Shown here piece after piece: positions 1 to 13,137 of a stretch of 64,000 nt of DNA (its first letter is position 1; each line of letters starts with the position of its first letter). Position numbers and translations under genes: made by a program. The notes below the pieces were generated by a model. The model was not told the origin of the DNA. It was given only the letters and a program-made list of their open reading frames with translations, and searched no databases. The DNA comes from Octopus sinensis (lineage: Eukaryota): contig NC_043022.1 in the NCBI RefSeq assembly GCF_006345805.1, forward strand, positions 12,462,001 to 12,526,000. The letters are read 5' to 3'.

Positions 1-234
1 ACTACCCAGCAACTATATATTAATTTCAATGAAATACATCTTTTAATTAAACATTTATTAAGAAACCTCAAATCAAAAAAAATAGTTTGAATACATCAAC
101 ATTATTTTATCAATTCTATTTTGTTTTTCTACTTTACAGACCATTATAAATCATTCACCATTTAGATTCTTTCCAAATATTTAAAATAAAAATTTGTTAT
201 TTAAAACTGTTGATTTTTTCAGATTAATATAATA

Positions 235-445
235 CCCTTTTGATACCAACCCACCCGAGACAGTCTTTAATTCTATAAGACTAACTTCATGTTTAAAGTG
301 ATTTAAATTAAACCTTCCATCAAAATGTCATATTAATTTATGTTCCAAACACCAACTTAATGACTAAGATATTTTCCTACATTCTTCATTATTTTCCAAA
401 TCAATTGAAACAAAAGCAGTGTATTTCAATGGAAATATGGTAACC
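235..445 (-). mobile_element. piggyBac-type MITE family 2, single-unit degenerate copy
   Basis: Reverse complement of the element at 12031-12567 (ccc.tttgatacc end, one internal unit). Confidence 0.55.
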
Positions 446-491
446 CTTTTACAAGCATTTAAGTAGGTGGTGTTTTAATATTTTCAGTATT

Positions 492-722
492 TTCTAGAGT
501 CAATGCAGTGAACTGCCAGAATCATTAGCATGGTGGATAAAGTGCTTAGCAGCATTACATCCATCTTTACATTCTGAGTTTAAGTTCCACCAAGGTCAGC
601 TTTGCCTTTCATCCTTTCAGGGTTGATAAAATAAGTGCCAGTTGAGCACTGGGGTTGATGTAATTGACTTACCCTCTTTCCCAAAATTGCTGGCTTTGTG
701 CCAAAATTCGAAATCAATATTC
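492..722 (+). mobile_element. SINE family A copy (old)
   Basis: tRNA-like head, central ctttgcctttcatcctt..gg..gataaa..aagtaccag domain. Confidence 0.75.
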
Positions 723-1089
723 TCTATACTCACATAATTTGTTTTTTTAAAACCTGTCTTAATACATGCTTTACCAAAATTTCAATTAATTTCATTTTCT
801 CAAAATTTTTTTTTAATTACTCTTATATGCTGATAATACAGGGTGCAGCAAAATCCTCAGATATACCTTTCTTGATAAACATACTCTGTGTACCAGTCCA
901 AACTATGCTGCTAACTGAAAAATAACAGTAAAACATTAGCCATATGAAGACACCATTACCACCAAACTAACTTCACTAGCGTCACACCAATAGCCATATA
1001 AAACACATGAGGTTGTTCTGTTGTACTCCGCTTAAAGAGTTTATTGTTGTTTTTTTTTAAATTCTCTCTTTCTCTCCTCATTATGCATT

Positions 1090-1546
1090 GACTATATTTG
1101 AAGACCCTGGCAAAGAGGATAGCTTCTATAGCAGAATCCTGAGGACTATCGAGAACATCAGATGGTACCATCAGATTTCAAAGACCTGTGTATGTGCATG
1201 CATCAGCCTGCAGCCTCCAACCTCTTAGCCATCCACCCCATGTGCTGATCTGAATGTCCCACCATCTCCCTCTAAATCATCCTGCTCAAGCTTTGCTCTC
1301 ATCTGATGCAGCAGCTGCAGGCTGGAAGAGGCCATATGGAAGGCCCCCCCCCACATCAGATGGCTGGATGTGATTGGGGAAGATCTGCAGAGGCTCAACA
1401 TCACCTTGGAGGATGCAGAGGGAGTGGCTCAGGATTACCAGCAATGGAGAGCACAGGTAGACGATGTTGGCTCTGCACGTGAGGACATCTCTGGGACCGC
1501 TAGCCTGGCATGACCCAAGCCCCATCAAATAAGAATCTGAAGCAAG
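1090..1546 (+). mobile_element. RTE-type LINE 3' remnant
   Basis: Decayed translation GWKRPYGRP..RWLDVIGEDLQRLNITLEDAEGVAQDYQQWRAQV resembles the RTE ORF C-terminus. Confidence 0.6.
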
Positions 1547-1662
1547 CAAGCAATTATTTTCTTCTCTATTTTGTCTTTCTCCCACTCTATCTTTTAAAAT
1601 CTTCTCTTGCTGTATTTCTATTGGTTCCTTGAGTTCTGAGAGTAACATCTCACATTATGTAA

Positions 1663-1989
1663 TCTTCTCTATATATAAAAGGCAGGTTGTCTGTCTGTGT
1701 GTCTGTCAGGTTGTACCCTCACCCTGACCATGGCTTTCAACTGATTCTGATGAAACTTGACACACACATAGCCCAATGTCATAATTCAAAACTAACGCAG
1801 CAAAAATTTTGAAAAGTTCCCTCAGTTCTGAAAAAAATTTATAAATTCCGCCACTTCAAGCAGTCAACGAGACAAAACATGACCAGACAACATAACTTTG
1901 GCATACTTCTGCTAATCGCAGCTGCAGCCGCAAGTCGTTGCCTATTAGGGGTTCTTACATACCTGGGAAACGCTGGGCTATGCTGCTAG
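1663..1989 (+). mobile_element. Non-autonomous Helitron
   Basis: Inserted between A and T; 5' TC..tctatatataaaa, gtct microsatellite, 3' cctgggaaacgctggg hairpin-like segment and terminal CTAG. Confidence 0.7.
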
Positions 1990-2339
1990 TCCTAGATAAA
2001 ATAGGTCTCAAAATTGAAAACAGGATGAACAAAGATCTGGTTGGAAACTCTTTCAGTCTATGTTCTAGTGCTGAACCACAGCTGATATGGCACCAAGCTA
2101 CAACACAGCAACATCACCACCACCACCACTACATCCACAGCTGTTGTTGGCATCACCACCTACCAACCAACAAACCAACCAACCAATAACATATGTGAGG
2201 ACAGATACTTCTATAGAATTGCCAGCAGCCAGTATGAGGGCTGTCCTTCATGATAGAAGATCTCAGTCTCTAATTTGTACAGAGGTGGACACAGGACTGG
2301 GAATACAATATTAAGTATGGCTTTATTAGCTAAGGACAT

Positions 2340-2680
2340 TTGTGTGTGAGTGTGTGCTTGTGTATGTGTGTATGTGTGTGTGTATGCTTGTATGTGTGTG
2401 TGTCATATATCTCTGTCTCTCTCTGTCTCTCTGTCTGTCTATTACTATGTATGTATGTGTGTATGTATGTGTGTATGTATGTATGTGTGGGTATGTATGT
2501 ACGTATGCATGTATATGTATGTATGTATGTATGTATGTGTGTGTGTATGTATGTATGTATGTATGTGTGTGTGTATGCTTGTATGTGTGTGTGTCATATA
2601 TCTCTCTATCTCTCTCTGTCTGTCTATTACTATGTATGTATGTATGTATGTATGTATGTGTATATGTATGTGTGTGTGAA
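2340..2680. repeat. Compound (TG)n/(TATG)n microsatellite with internal duplication
   Basis: Direct inspection; source of spurious ORFs. Confidence 0.95.
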
Positions 2681-3169
2681 TCTGTCCATTTATCTGTGCA
2701 AATATTAAAACACGAAGAAGGAAAGAAGAACAGCAAGCATCGATATTGGAAAGAAATTAACAAGAATTCTTCCATTAGTATTGAATATTATATTTCAGTG
2801 AAATCTTTAAATCTCCCAAATATATAAAAATGTAAACGTCTTAAATTTTCAATTTTAGCAGCCATTTTGGTTTTGTTTTTATATTTTGTATTTTTCCCTT
2901 TGTTTCTTTGTTTATTTGGATAAATTATTGAATTTATTGAAAAAAGAGAAAGAGGGAAGGAGGGGGGGGCAAAGGAAGAGGTGAGTGTAGAAAGATGGAG
3001 AGTGATGGAAAGAAATGGACAAAGAGAGGAAGGATAGAAGAAAGACAGAATACAAATAAATGAAACGTGTGTGTGTGTGTGCACACATGTACACTTATAT
3101 ATGTGCGTGTGTGTGTGTGCATATGGATGTATGGATATATATATGTTATATGTTATATATATATGTTAT

Positions 3170-3217
<48 letters not shown>

Positions 3218-4259
3218 ATATATATATATATTTATATATGGACGTATGTATGGATACACATACATATATATATATATATATGCAATATGTATGCATAATA
3301 TATACAGACATACAAACGTGTGTTTGTGCATGTGGTGTGTATGTACAAATATACACACACACACACACACACGTGTGTGTCTGTGTGTTATGTGTAAAGT
3401 GTATATTGTCTGTTGATTTTCCTGTATTAATTTTAACATGTCCTTCTTTTGTCCTTCTCTAGTTGAACAATTCACATTTTAACTCTCACTTACTCCCCGT
3501 CTTCCACTCCATAAAACTATTCTAAATTCTTCATTTCATAAATCTCAGCTTGTTTGGAATCTATTCTTTTTTTCCTCTAAGTTATCTTCCACCCACCCCA
3601 GTCTCCACATGCTCTAAAACCAGATCTCCTCGGACCATTCCTTCAACACTGCATTGACTGTCTCTATTACAATGAAGGGAGCCACAACAACATACATAAA
3701 TGATTGCTGGGTTTCCATTGTGGTTTCATAATATTGCAGCTTATGAATTTTGTATTAGTTCACCATGTTGCAAATCTTGCAATTCTTGCACACTAAAATA
3801 TGTATGTATGTATGCATGTGTGTATATATGTATGTATGTATGTATGCATGCATGCATGCATGTGCATATATAATTGCAATATATATAAATATATACTTGT
3901 ATGTGAACTTGTATCTGCGTATATCTTCGTGTTGTATGAATGTCTAATAAAGACAGCTTCTTACCAAGCATGAATTACATTCAGAAATCAGGTTTGAATC
4001 CTTCCTTCTTTCCTAGTTTGTGCGCCCCCTACATCCTTGTACTGGTAAGAAGAACATCATTATTGAAAATACATTGTAGCATTTAGTTATATCTATTTAT
4101 GAGTTCAAATAACACAGAAGATAACTTTCTCTCTCTTCTTGACAACCAATGTTGGTGACAACCAATGTTGGTATCCGATAGAATATGTACTAGGCTTACA
4201 AAGAAATAAGTCCTGGGATTGATTTGTTCACCTAAAAGCGGTGCTTCAGCTCAGTCATG

Positions 4260-4460
4260 ACTGAAGCAAGTATGGCACCTGTGCAGGTGGCACGTAAAAA
4301 GCACCCACTACACTCACGGAGTGGTTGGCGTTAGGAAGGGCATCCAGCCGTAGAAACACTACCAGATCAGACTGGGCCTGGCGCAGCCTTCTGGCTTCCC
4401 AGACCCCATTTTCCATGCTAGCATGGGTTGGACGTTAAACGATGATGATGATGATGATGT
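4260..4460 (+). mobile_element. SINE family C / RTE-tail element ending cgttaaacg(atg)n
   Basis: ttggcgttaggaagggcatccagccgtagaaac motif. Similar copies near 7625-7870, 9730-9990, 15860-16100, 20750-20960, 42400-42670, 46960-47200, 48430-48720, 50170-50420, 53360-53590, 53720-54050, 55135-55560. Confidence 0.8.
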
Positions 4461-6115
4461 AATCACATGATGTATGTATATACAAGAATTACATTTCTTA
4501 TGTGAAACATTTTTATCTGAAACTAAATGGGTCATGGACTAACAAATGGGTGAGTTCAGTCTGCGAGCTGTCTTTGATTCCTGATTGAAGACATTTCACT
4601 AAAATTAATACCTGATATTGTCTTATAATACCTGATAATGTCCTCTGGGAAACATGGACAGTCACTAATTTATCATGCAGGCATACTGCCATTCTTTAAA
4701 TCTCAGAGGCAATATTTAATGAAGAGAAGCTAGACAGGTGATCGGTGGTCACCTCATCAGAGCCATCTCACCACTGAGGTAGAAGATGAAGAGGATAAAA
4801 GGTAATAATGGTGAAAATAGAGGAATGGAAAACAGAAGAAGAATAAATAGGACAAGAAAGGGAAGGAGGGGGAGGAGGAGGGGGAGGCTGTAGAGGAATA
4901 GGAAGAAGCAGAAGAAGTGAAAAAGTGAATCGGAGAAAGTCGATGAGGAGATGAATGAGTGAGAGTGAAAGAAAGAAGTTAAGTTGATGGGGGGGGGGAG
5001 AGTCAAGGAGAAGGAGTTAGTGAGAGTAAGAGAATGAGGTAGAGTAAGAAGGAAAAGAACTAGGTGTGAGAGAGAGGAGGGGGAATGGAGAAAAAGTGAA
5101 GGAGGAGGACAAGAAGAAAAGAGGAGTTAAAGCATGGAAAAATGGAAGAGTAGGAAGAGAAAGAAGGTGGAAAGAGGAGAAGAGGAAGAGGGAGTAGTAG
5201 TAGGAAGGGGGGGTGTCAGTTACATATAAAATGAAATTGTGAGTTGGTGGCTCAACAATTGTTTTACTTTTTTTTGTCTTCTCAAAGCAAACAACTAAAA
5301 TAACAATAAATATATTTAAAAACATCAACATTTAATACAAAAATATTTTAGACACTCAACAATGAGATCACTAACATTAATAACTACAAAACAATAATAA
5401 TAATAATCCTTTCTATTATAAGCACAAGACCTGAAATTTTGGGCAGGGGGGGACAGTCGATTGCATCAACCCCCAGTATTCAACTGGCACTTATTTTATC
5501 AACCCGAAAAGATGAAAGGCAAAGTCGACCAGCAGAATTTCAGCAATAATAATAATAATAATAATCCTTTCTACGGTAGGCACAAAGTCCAAAATTTGGG
5601 AGAGGGAGATAGTCAATTACATTGACCCCAGTACTTAACTGGTAATTAATTTATTGACCCCCAAAAGGATGAAAGGCAAAGTCAACCTCGTCGAAATTTG
5701 AATTCAGAACGTAGCAGCAGACAAAATTCCGCTAAGCATTTCTCCCATCATGCTAACAACCTTAATAATGATAATAATAATAATAAGAGGAAGAAGAAGA
5801 AGCAGAAGAATATGTTATTGCTGCAAGGACAACTTGAGGACAATAATAATGATAGCAATAATTGCAAACGCATTCATTCCTTTTATTATTAAGATTATCA
5901 AATTTTTTTTTCTTATCAATCCATTCTAGGTAAATCTGCCTGCTTTATATCCATCATTGTATTGTCCTCTCATCTGTTGCCCTAGTGGCAAATAAAAGAA
6001 GTCCTCATAAAAAAAAAATTAAGAAAAATTATTATTATTATTATTATTATTATTACTGTTGTAAAAAATCAAATATAATTTAAAAGAAATCATTATCATA
6101 ACATTTTTATTATTA

Positions 6116-6179
<64 letters not shown>

Positions 6180-8915
6180 GGTACAGTAATGATATAGAGA
6201 AAAATCTATATTAAATGATATGAAAAACTGATATTGTTCATTATTTCTTGCTGGTCACGAAGTAGAGATGATTCTGAACTCTAAGGAAATAAGGGTATCT
6301 TACAAAGATTAACTGATATATATATATATATATATATTATATATACACAAACACACACATGCAAAACACACAGTCACACATATAAGTATATATATATATA
6401 TATATATATAATCTCATTATATATGTATGTGTATACATATATTTTATGTATATGCATATATATATATGTGTATATATGGATACATCATACATATATACAT
6501 ATATATATATATACATACATACATTCATGTGTGGATTTGAATGTGTGTACTTTTAGTGTGTGCATGTGCTTCTGTGTATGTGTGTAAATGTATCCCAGCT
6601 CAAAGACAATCTAATATAATGCTATCATCTCAAAGAATTAAATCAAAGAACAAGAAGTAGAACATCATCAACAACAACAACAACAACATCATAAACAAGA
6701 AAAAAACAAACTAAACAAAACACAAAAAAAGAAATTGCAATTTCAAGAAAGGATTATGTAGGTATTGTGTAGCTTTAAAAATAATATTTTTATCGGACTA
6801 CATCTCCATGTAGAATTCTATGTAAGTATCTATGGAAGAAGAAGAAGAAGAAGAAGAAAGAAGGAGGAGGAGGGGGAGCAGGAGGAGGAGGAGGAATACA
6901 TTTGTGAAGTTGTGGTTGATATAAGTAGAGTTGAGAGCATATGGAGAGGTGGACATGGGAAGAAGATTAGGATTTAGGCTTTCGGATAGTGATGATTAAG
7001 TTTTGAGAATATGGCAAAAAGCTCAACTGGCAAAGTTGAGAGAGTATATATATTTAGGAATTATTGTTTGTCCTCCAAATTTGTTTTTTCTTTTTTTTTT
7101 AATTCTCCTCTGGAATATTGTCTGCTTAAAGACAATGAGAGGTATTAATAGATTGATGCTGAATCTCAAAGTACCACACCACTAGAATACGATCGGATTG
7201 AAGCCGAGTTTTCAATGAGAACAGCATCAATTGAAGAATATTTCAAGGAGAATTATACCAAGTAGTGTTGAGCAGAAAATAAACGTTTGTGTGTGTGTGT
7301 ATTTGTGTATATGAAGTAATTTTGATTCCAAGATTGTGCTAGTCCATCTTCTGTTATGTCACAAATGCTATTGAGAAAGACATATGTTGCAATATCTTGT
7401 GAAATCATTTCCTTTAAATTAGACACCGCTTCACTTGAGTCAAACATATGAGAAAATATTTTCTGAAGCAAGCTGTATCAAGGGTACTGATTTCAATTCC
7501 CACTCACAACCAACTCAGCTCTCCTTTCACATATATTTCTTGTTCTCTTTCTTTGCAGTGCAGCGAAACTTTATCCTCTAAACTGGCACACTTGGTAATC
7601 ACCGACAATCTCATAACATCATCAGCAGCAGCAGCATTGTTTAACGTCCGCTTTCCATGCTGGCATGGATTGGACGGTTTGACTGAGGGCTGGCAAGCCA
7701 GAAAGCTGCACCAGGCACCAATCCGATATGGCAAAGTTTCTACAGCTGGATGCCCTTCTAAACACTGACCACTCCAAGAGTGTAGTGGGTGCTTTTTATG
7801 TGCCACCAGCATGGGAGCCTGTCACGCGGCAATGAATGGTGCTTTATACATGCCAGCGGCACTGACATCGACCACGCTTGAATGGTAATGCAGCAGAAGC
7901 AGTATTAGTCGAAAATAGCAATCTGTGTATCATACTTAATGCAGATACATCACAGAAAGCCAAATTTACTGTGGTAGTCATCCAGAGATCATATCTCTTA
8001 TAGATAATGTGTGTTAAAAGATGCAAAATTAGCAGACAAAAATCATCCAGAAGCACTGCTGCTGGCATTGCTAGATGCTCCTTTCTGTCTGTTTGGGCTC
8101 AGTCAATTGCAAATACCTACCAGCAACCACATGCTAAGACAAAATACATCCGGAGTTGTTAGGGATTCTCAGTTTATTTCATTTTTTGGGGGACTGTGCT
8201 GATCCAGATTATCTATTTGCTGAAGATAGTTTTTAGGTGAGAGCTACAACTTACCTTGTTATTTTAATGATATAGGATAAATACATTACACACACACACT
8301 CATATGTGTGAGTGTGTGTATGTATATATATATATATACATATATATAATCTTAAGAGATTACACAAGAGCAAATTTATATTAAAAAACAAAAGGAAGAA
8401 AATGTTGCAAGAAAATGATTTGGTTATGCTGTAATTTCCCCTTCTCTTACAAAATTATCTGCCAGGTCGCTGCCTTTATATATATATATATATATATATA
8501 GCAAATGAGAAAATGGAGAAGCACATTAGTTGGTTCATTAACTTTGGGATATTAAAATGTTGACTTATTTATTTATCAAAATAACACCCATAATAACATA
8601 CATATAATATATTATTCAATGCATATAAGATAAGAATACAAGTAATTATTAAAAGACATGAATATAAATTATTATATATATATATATATATTATATATAT
8701 ATAATAAGAAGTTATTAAAAAACATGAATATAAATTATTATATATATATATAATATAAGTAGTTATTAAAAAACATGAATATGAATTATTATATATATAT
8801 ATATATAATAACAACAGATGAATTGTAGGTCACTACAGCTGTTTCAGACATGTTTTTATCAATCTGACCTTGGTGCTTTTACTATTTAAATACTTGATTC
8901 TCACGAATCCTGGAA

Positions 8916-8959
<44 letters not shown>

Positions 8960-9240
8960 TGTTTTATACAGTTAAGTCTATGTCTGGTCACAGACTGACC
9001 AATGGTTTCACATCCATAAAGGAACTAGCCCTATGGATGGCTTGTCAGACTCTAAAGCGGAAGGCATATGGAAAACAATACTATCAAAAGAATATAAAAA
9101 TATTTAAGAAATAAAGAATAGAGATTGGTTTTATTATACTCTGTACTTAACTGATGCTTTTTTCTGAAACATATGTATATTGAGTTCTAATACCAGGTTA
9201 TTACTATTGCTATGCCTAAATGAAATATTATGTGTGTGTG

Positions 9241-9304
<64 letters not shown>

Positions 9305-9529
9305 GAATACTGGATGGTATATTAAATCTAATAACGGAAGGAAAGCACTAAAAGTGTAAATAAAATGTAAATAAAAAATATATATAGTCATCCAACATTC
9401 TGACTAACCTATTGTTCTAAATATACAATATCTGTACATCACTTCAAAAATTCTCTCTCTCTCTCTCTCTAATATATATATATATATAATATATATATAT
9501 ATATATTCTCTCCTTGTTTTTTCTGTGTA

Positions 9530-9567
9530 TCTTTCTGTTGAAGAGCGTAGGCTCGAAACGTAAAAGA
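9530..9567 (+). ncRNA. Hammerhead-like motif with variant core (Penelope-like remnant)
   Basis: tcttt-CTGTTGA-A-gagc-gtag-gctc-GAAA-cg-TA-aaaga: stems intact, palindromic ACGT stem III, A6 replaced by T. Confidence 0.5.
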
Positions 9568-10583
9568 CTTTTTCTATTCCTGAACGCTATACTAATACAT
9601 TTGTTTGTTTGTACTCCACCTGCCTTCGTCTTTTGTTTATTTTCGTAAACTTTCTCTTTATATATATATATACACAGACACACATGATATTTCATTTAGA
9701 CATAGCAATAGTAATATAATCATCATTTTAACATTCACTTTTCCATTCTTGCATGTGTGAGATGGAGTTTATTGAGACAGATTTTCTACACCTGGATGCC
9801 CTTCCTGTTACCAACCCTCACCTGTTTCCAAACAAGCTAATACTGTCCCATGGCCAGCCATGTTCACACAGTATACTGGAAATGAATGACACTGCTTGTA
9901 CGACAGTGACACTCGTTTACAACTATCACACAGTGTCAAGTCATGAAGCCAGAAGCATAAACATGCTTATACTTATGTCACATAGTGCCAGTTACCCAGT
10001 TTCCCTGGCACACCATGCTACCCAAACCACTAATTCCTCTGCACTTTTGCCATCAACCAAAATCTCTCTCAGAAGGCTGGCTTTGGCCAAACCTGGGATT
10101 ATGGTTGAAGATACTTGCCCAGTGTACCATGGTGGTGAGCTCTAACCTGATACCTCATCCGTGGCTGTGAAGTGAGCATCTTAAGTTGTCCAATATGTCG
10201 ACAACCATAATTAATGTGATATCTCGAAGATATTATACGTCAGCTTGGAGAGGTGCGTCTGTATGTTTGTGGTGATTTCAAACACAAAATCTCAGTGGAG
10301 ATTATTTCATTTTTCTAATCTAAATGCAAATGAAGAAATACTGGAATTTAATCATGAAATCAAAATGATGCTGCTGATGGTGACGGCGACGATGATGATG
10401 ATGATGATGATGATGATGGACAGTAGTTTTTGTTGTGATAATGATGACAATGACGATGATGATGATGATGAATAGTTGCTGTTGTTGTTGTTGTGATGAT
10501 GATGATAACAATGATGAATAGATGCTGTTGTTGTAGTGGTGGTACTGGTGGTTTTAGCAGTGATGATGATGATGATGATAATG

Positions 10584-10618
<35 letters not shown>

Positions 10619-11467
10619 TGGGGATGGTTGTGGTTGTTGATGTAGTAGAGGTGGTGGTAGTAGGGGTTGTGGTGATGGAGATGGTGATAATGTTGAGTGA
10701 ATGACAAAAGAGGGCCTGAGGAGAGTGAGAGAGATGGTTTTAAAAGAGAGCCAGACTGGAGTGGAAGAGAGAGAAAGAGAGAGTGTGTGTGAGAGAGAGA
10801 ATGAGTGTGTGTGAGAGAGAGAGTAATAACAAAATTAAAGGATATGGATGGAGATGGGATAGAGACTAATGAAGGAAAGACAGAGAGTGGCAGAAGAGTG
10901 TCAAAGTGAAAGGGTAGGGGGAGGTAATGTAAGGGAGAGAAAGAGAGTGGTAGGAGGTGGATGATAGATGAGAAAGTAACGAAGGGAGAGATGGTGGTGG
11001 AGAGTAATGAGATGGTTGGTGACAAGAAGACTTAATGTAAGCACCCTAGGCAAAGGAAATTCCAAATTAGGTTTTAAATATCCCAATCTCCACCACCATT
11101 TGTGTGTGTTTGGGTCAGACAGGTCTTTGCCAAATTTGATATGCTCCTTTCTCATCCCCTTTGTGAAGTTCAGTCTCTTGATATGTCTTCACTTATCTTT
11201 TCCCGCTGTCTCCATCTGCAGCAGAATGTGCACTAACATGAGATACTTGCCTCCAGAGTATGAATCTATGTTATTGGACATAAACCTCATCTTTGTTTCA
11301 TCAGCTAGACTCTTCCATGCTGGCTGAGGACATATTGGAAAAAAGTATTAATTTTGTAGTTTTCCTTCTCCTAGATTGATTGCTTTCACTACAGCAAGGT
11401 CAATCTACCCTTACAAAAATCTGTTTAACCCATAGATAGGACCCTGACAGGTACTATCATTCCATAA

Positions 11468-11698
11468 GACGGCGAGCTGGCAGAAACGTTAGCACACTGG
11501 GCGAAATGCTTAACGGTATTTCATCTGCCGTTACGTTCTGAGTTCAAATTCCGCCAAGGTTGACTTTGCCTTTCATCCTTTCAGGGTCGATAAATTAAGT
11601 ACCAGTTACGCACTGGGGTCGATATAATCGACTTAATCCGTCTGTCTGTCCTTGTTTGTCTCCTCTGTGTTTAGCCCCTTGTGGGCAGTAAAGAAATA
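11468..11698 (+). mobile_element. SINE family A, young full-length copy with 15-bp TSD
   Basis: TSD gtactatcattccat at 11451-11465 and 11700-11714. Other young copies near 26288-26522(-), 29424-29638(+), 44965-45186(-), 61022-61246(+). Confidence 0.88.
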
Positions 11699-12030
11699 TG
11701 TACTATCATTCCATGTCGGAATGGATCTGGGAATAACGGTAAATAAGGAGTGACCCCCATGCTCCCCACAACTCCAGAACTCCTGAACTGGAGCCTCACC
11801 ACTGAATGTAGTTTAATGCCATACCCAGGACTGTCTTCACTACTTCCCCTCATGTCTTCATCTGTCTCTTGCTTTCACAAGTTTCTTTCACTTGAAATGC
11901 TCAGTGAAATGCTCAGTACCTCTTTACACTACTGATATTCTCCGTATGCATTACATATTCAGACCAATACAGTTTTCTCTCTTGTACACTACTTCTCAAT
12001 TACACTGTTTTTGTATTTCCTCTCATTTAA

Positions 12031-12567
12031 CCCATTTGTTACAATACTTCTGTTGAAATACACTGCCTTTGTGTCAATTAATTTTCAAAATAATAAAGTA
12101 CTCAGTAAAATTGTCTTTATTAAACAGGTAGTTGAAACGTAAATTAATTTGAAATTTTGATGACAGTTTTAATTTAGATTACTCTAACGCTTTTGTTTCC
12201 ATATTTCTATTGAAACGCACTGCAGTTATTTCAATCTGTTTTGAAAATAATGAGTTTAGTAAATTAAACTCTGTCTTTATTAAGCTGGTATTTGGAACAT
12301 AAATTAACATGAAATTTTTATGGAGGGTTTTAATCTATTTCACTTTAAACCTTTTGTTAGCATATTTCTGTTGCAGTACTATGGCTTTGTTTCAATTAAT
12401 TTTGAAAATAATGAAGCAGTTATTAAACAACATTGTCATTATTAAACTAGTGTGTGGAACAAATTCTTAAGAAATTTTGATGAACTATTTTCATTTACAT
12501 TACTTTAAAACAGAACGCATGTATCAAATAGTCTGGGGTGGTCTCAGATGAATTGGTATCAAATGGG
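12031..12567 (+). mobile_element. piggyBac-type MITE family 2 containing three tandem ~160-bp internal units
   Basis: TTAA at 12027-30 and 12568-71; TIR CCCATTTG(T/A)TAC; units start near 12044, 12201, 12362. Confidence 0.75.
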
Positions 12568-12604
12568 TTAAGCTCTGTCATTTATTTACACTAATATGAC
12601 AATA

Positions 12605-12885
12605 TTTTTTCACGCTGAGAGTTGCTGAAGCATGGAACAAACTGCCGGCATCAGTTGTTAGTTGTCGGAGCACTGCATCCTTCAAAACTTCCATGCTTTC
12701 TGAGATTCGCCAACACTACACCTGATTTTCTCCCCTCCATACACACACAAGCATCTATCTGACTCATACATTTTTCGCTTTCCAGACATTTGTACATTAC
12801 TGCATACACTCTATACGCACTTTCTGACAAGTTGTGGGACACCTGAGCACTGTATACAATAATTTCATTATTTATATTTATTTAT
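12605..12885 (+). mobile_element. CR1-type LINE 3' end fragment
   Basis: TLRVAEAWNKLPASVV translation and cacctgagcactgta.acaat end shared with 54345-54980. Confidence 0.75.
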
Positions 12886-13137
12886 TTAACTAGGAGAGTG
12901 CACTCATTTCATCCTAAAATGAAAAACAGTAAAACATTCTAAAATGAAACTAGAAAGTGTTTAAATATGTTTTCTAATATATTTTAATTAAATTTACATG
13001 TATGTTTATAGAGTATCTGTCTGTTCAGTGGGTATGTGAGGAGTATATGATTGTCTATAAATCATCCCAACAGTAACAAGGGGTTTGAGAAACCCTTGTT
13101 GTATGAACCCAGTTCAGTAGAACTGAACCCAGAACTA

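Noticed and set aside
4745-4775. Minus-strand CTGATGA followed by a ggtga/tcacc stem
   Set aside because: No GAAA after stem II, so it is not a hammerhead.
7151-7265. Plus-strand open stretch IDAESQSTTPLEYDRIEAEFSMRTASIEEYFKENYTK*
   Set aside because: Weak acceptor with no pyrimidine tract, no partner exons, no recognisable domain; an open run of this length is expected by chance.
7253-7471. Minus-strand ORF MLQKIFSHMFDSSEAV...
   Set aside because: No donor site or homology; runs into a microsatellite.
10185-10260. CPICRQP peptide resembling a RING-finger end
   Set aside because: Immediately followed by a stop; upstream RING cysteines and a splice context are absent.
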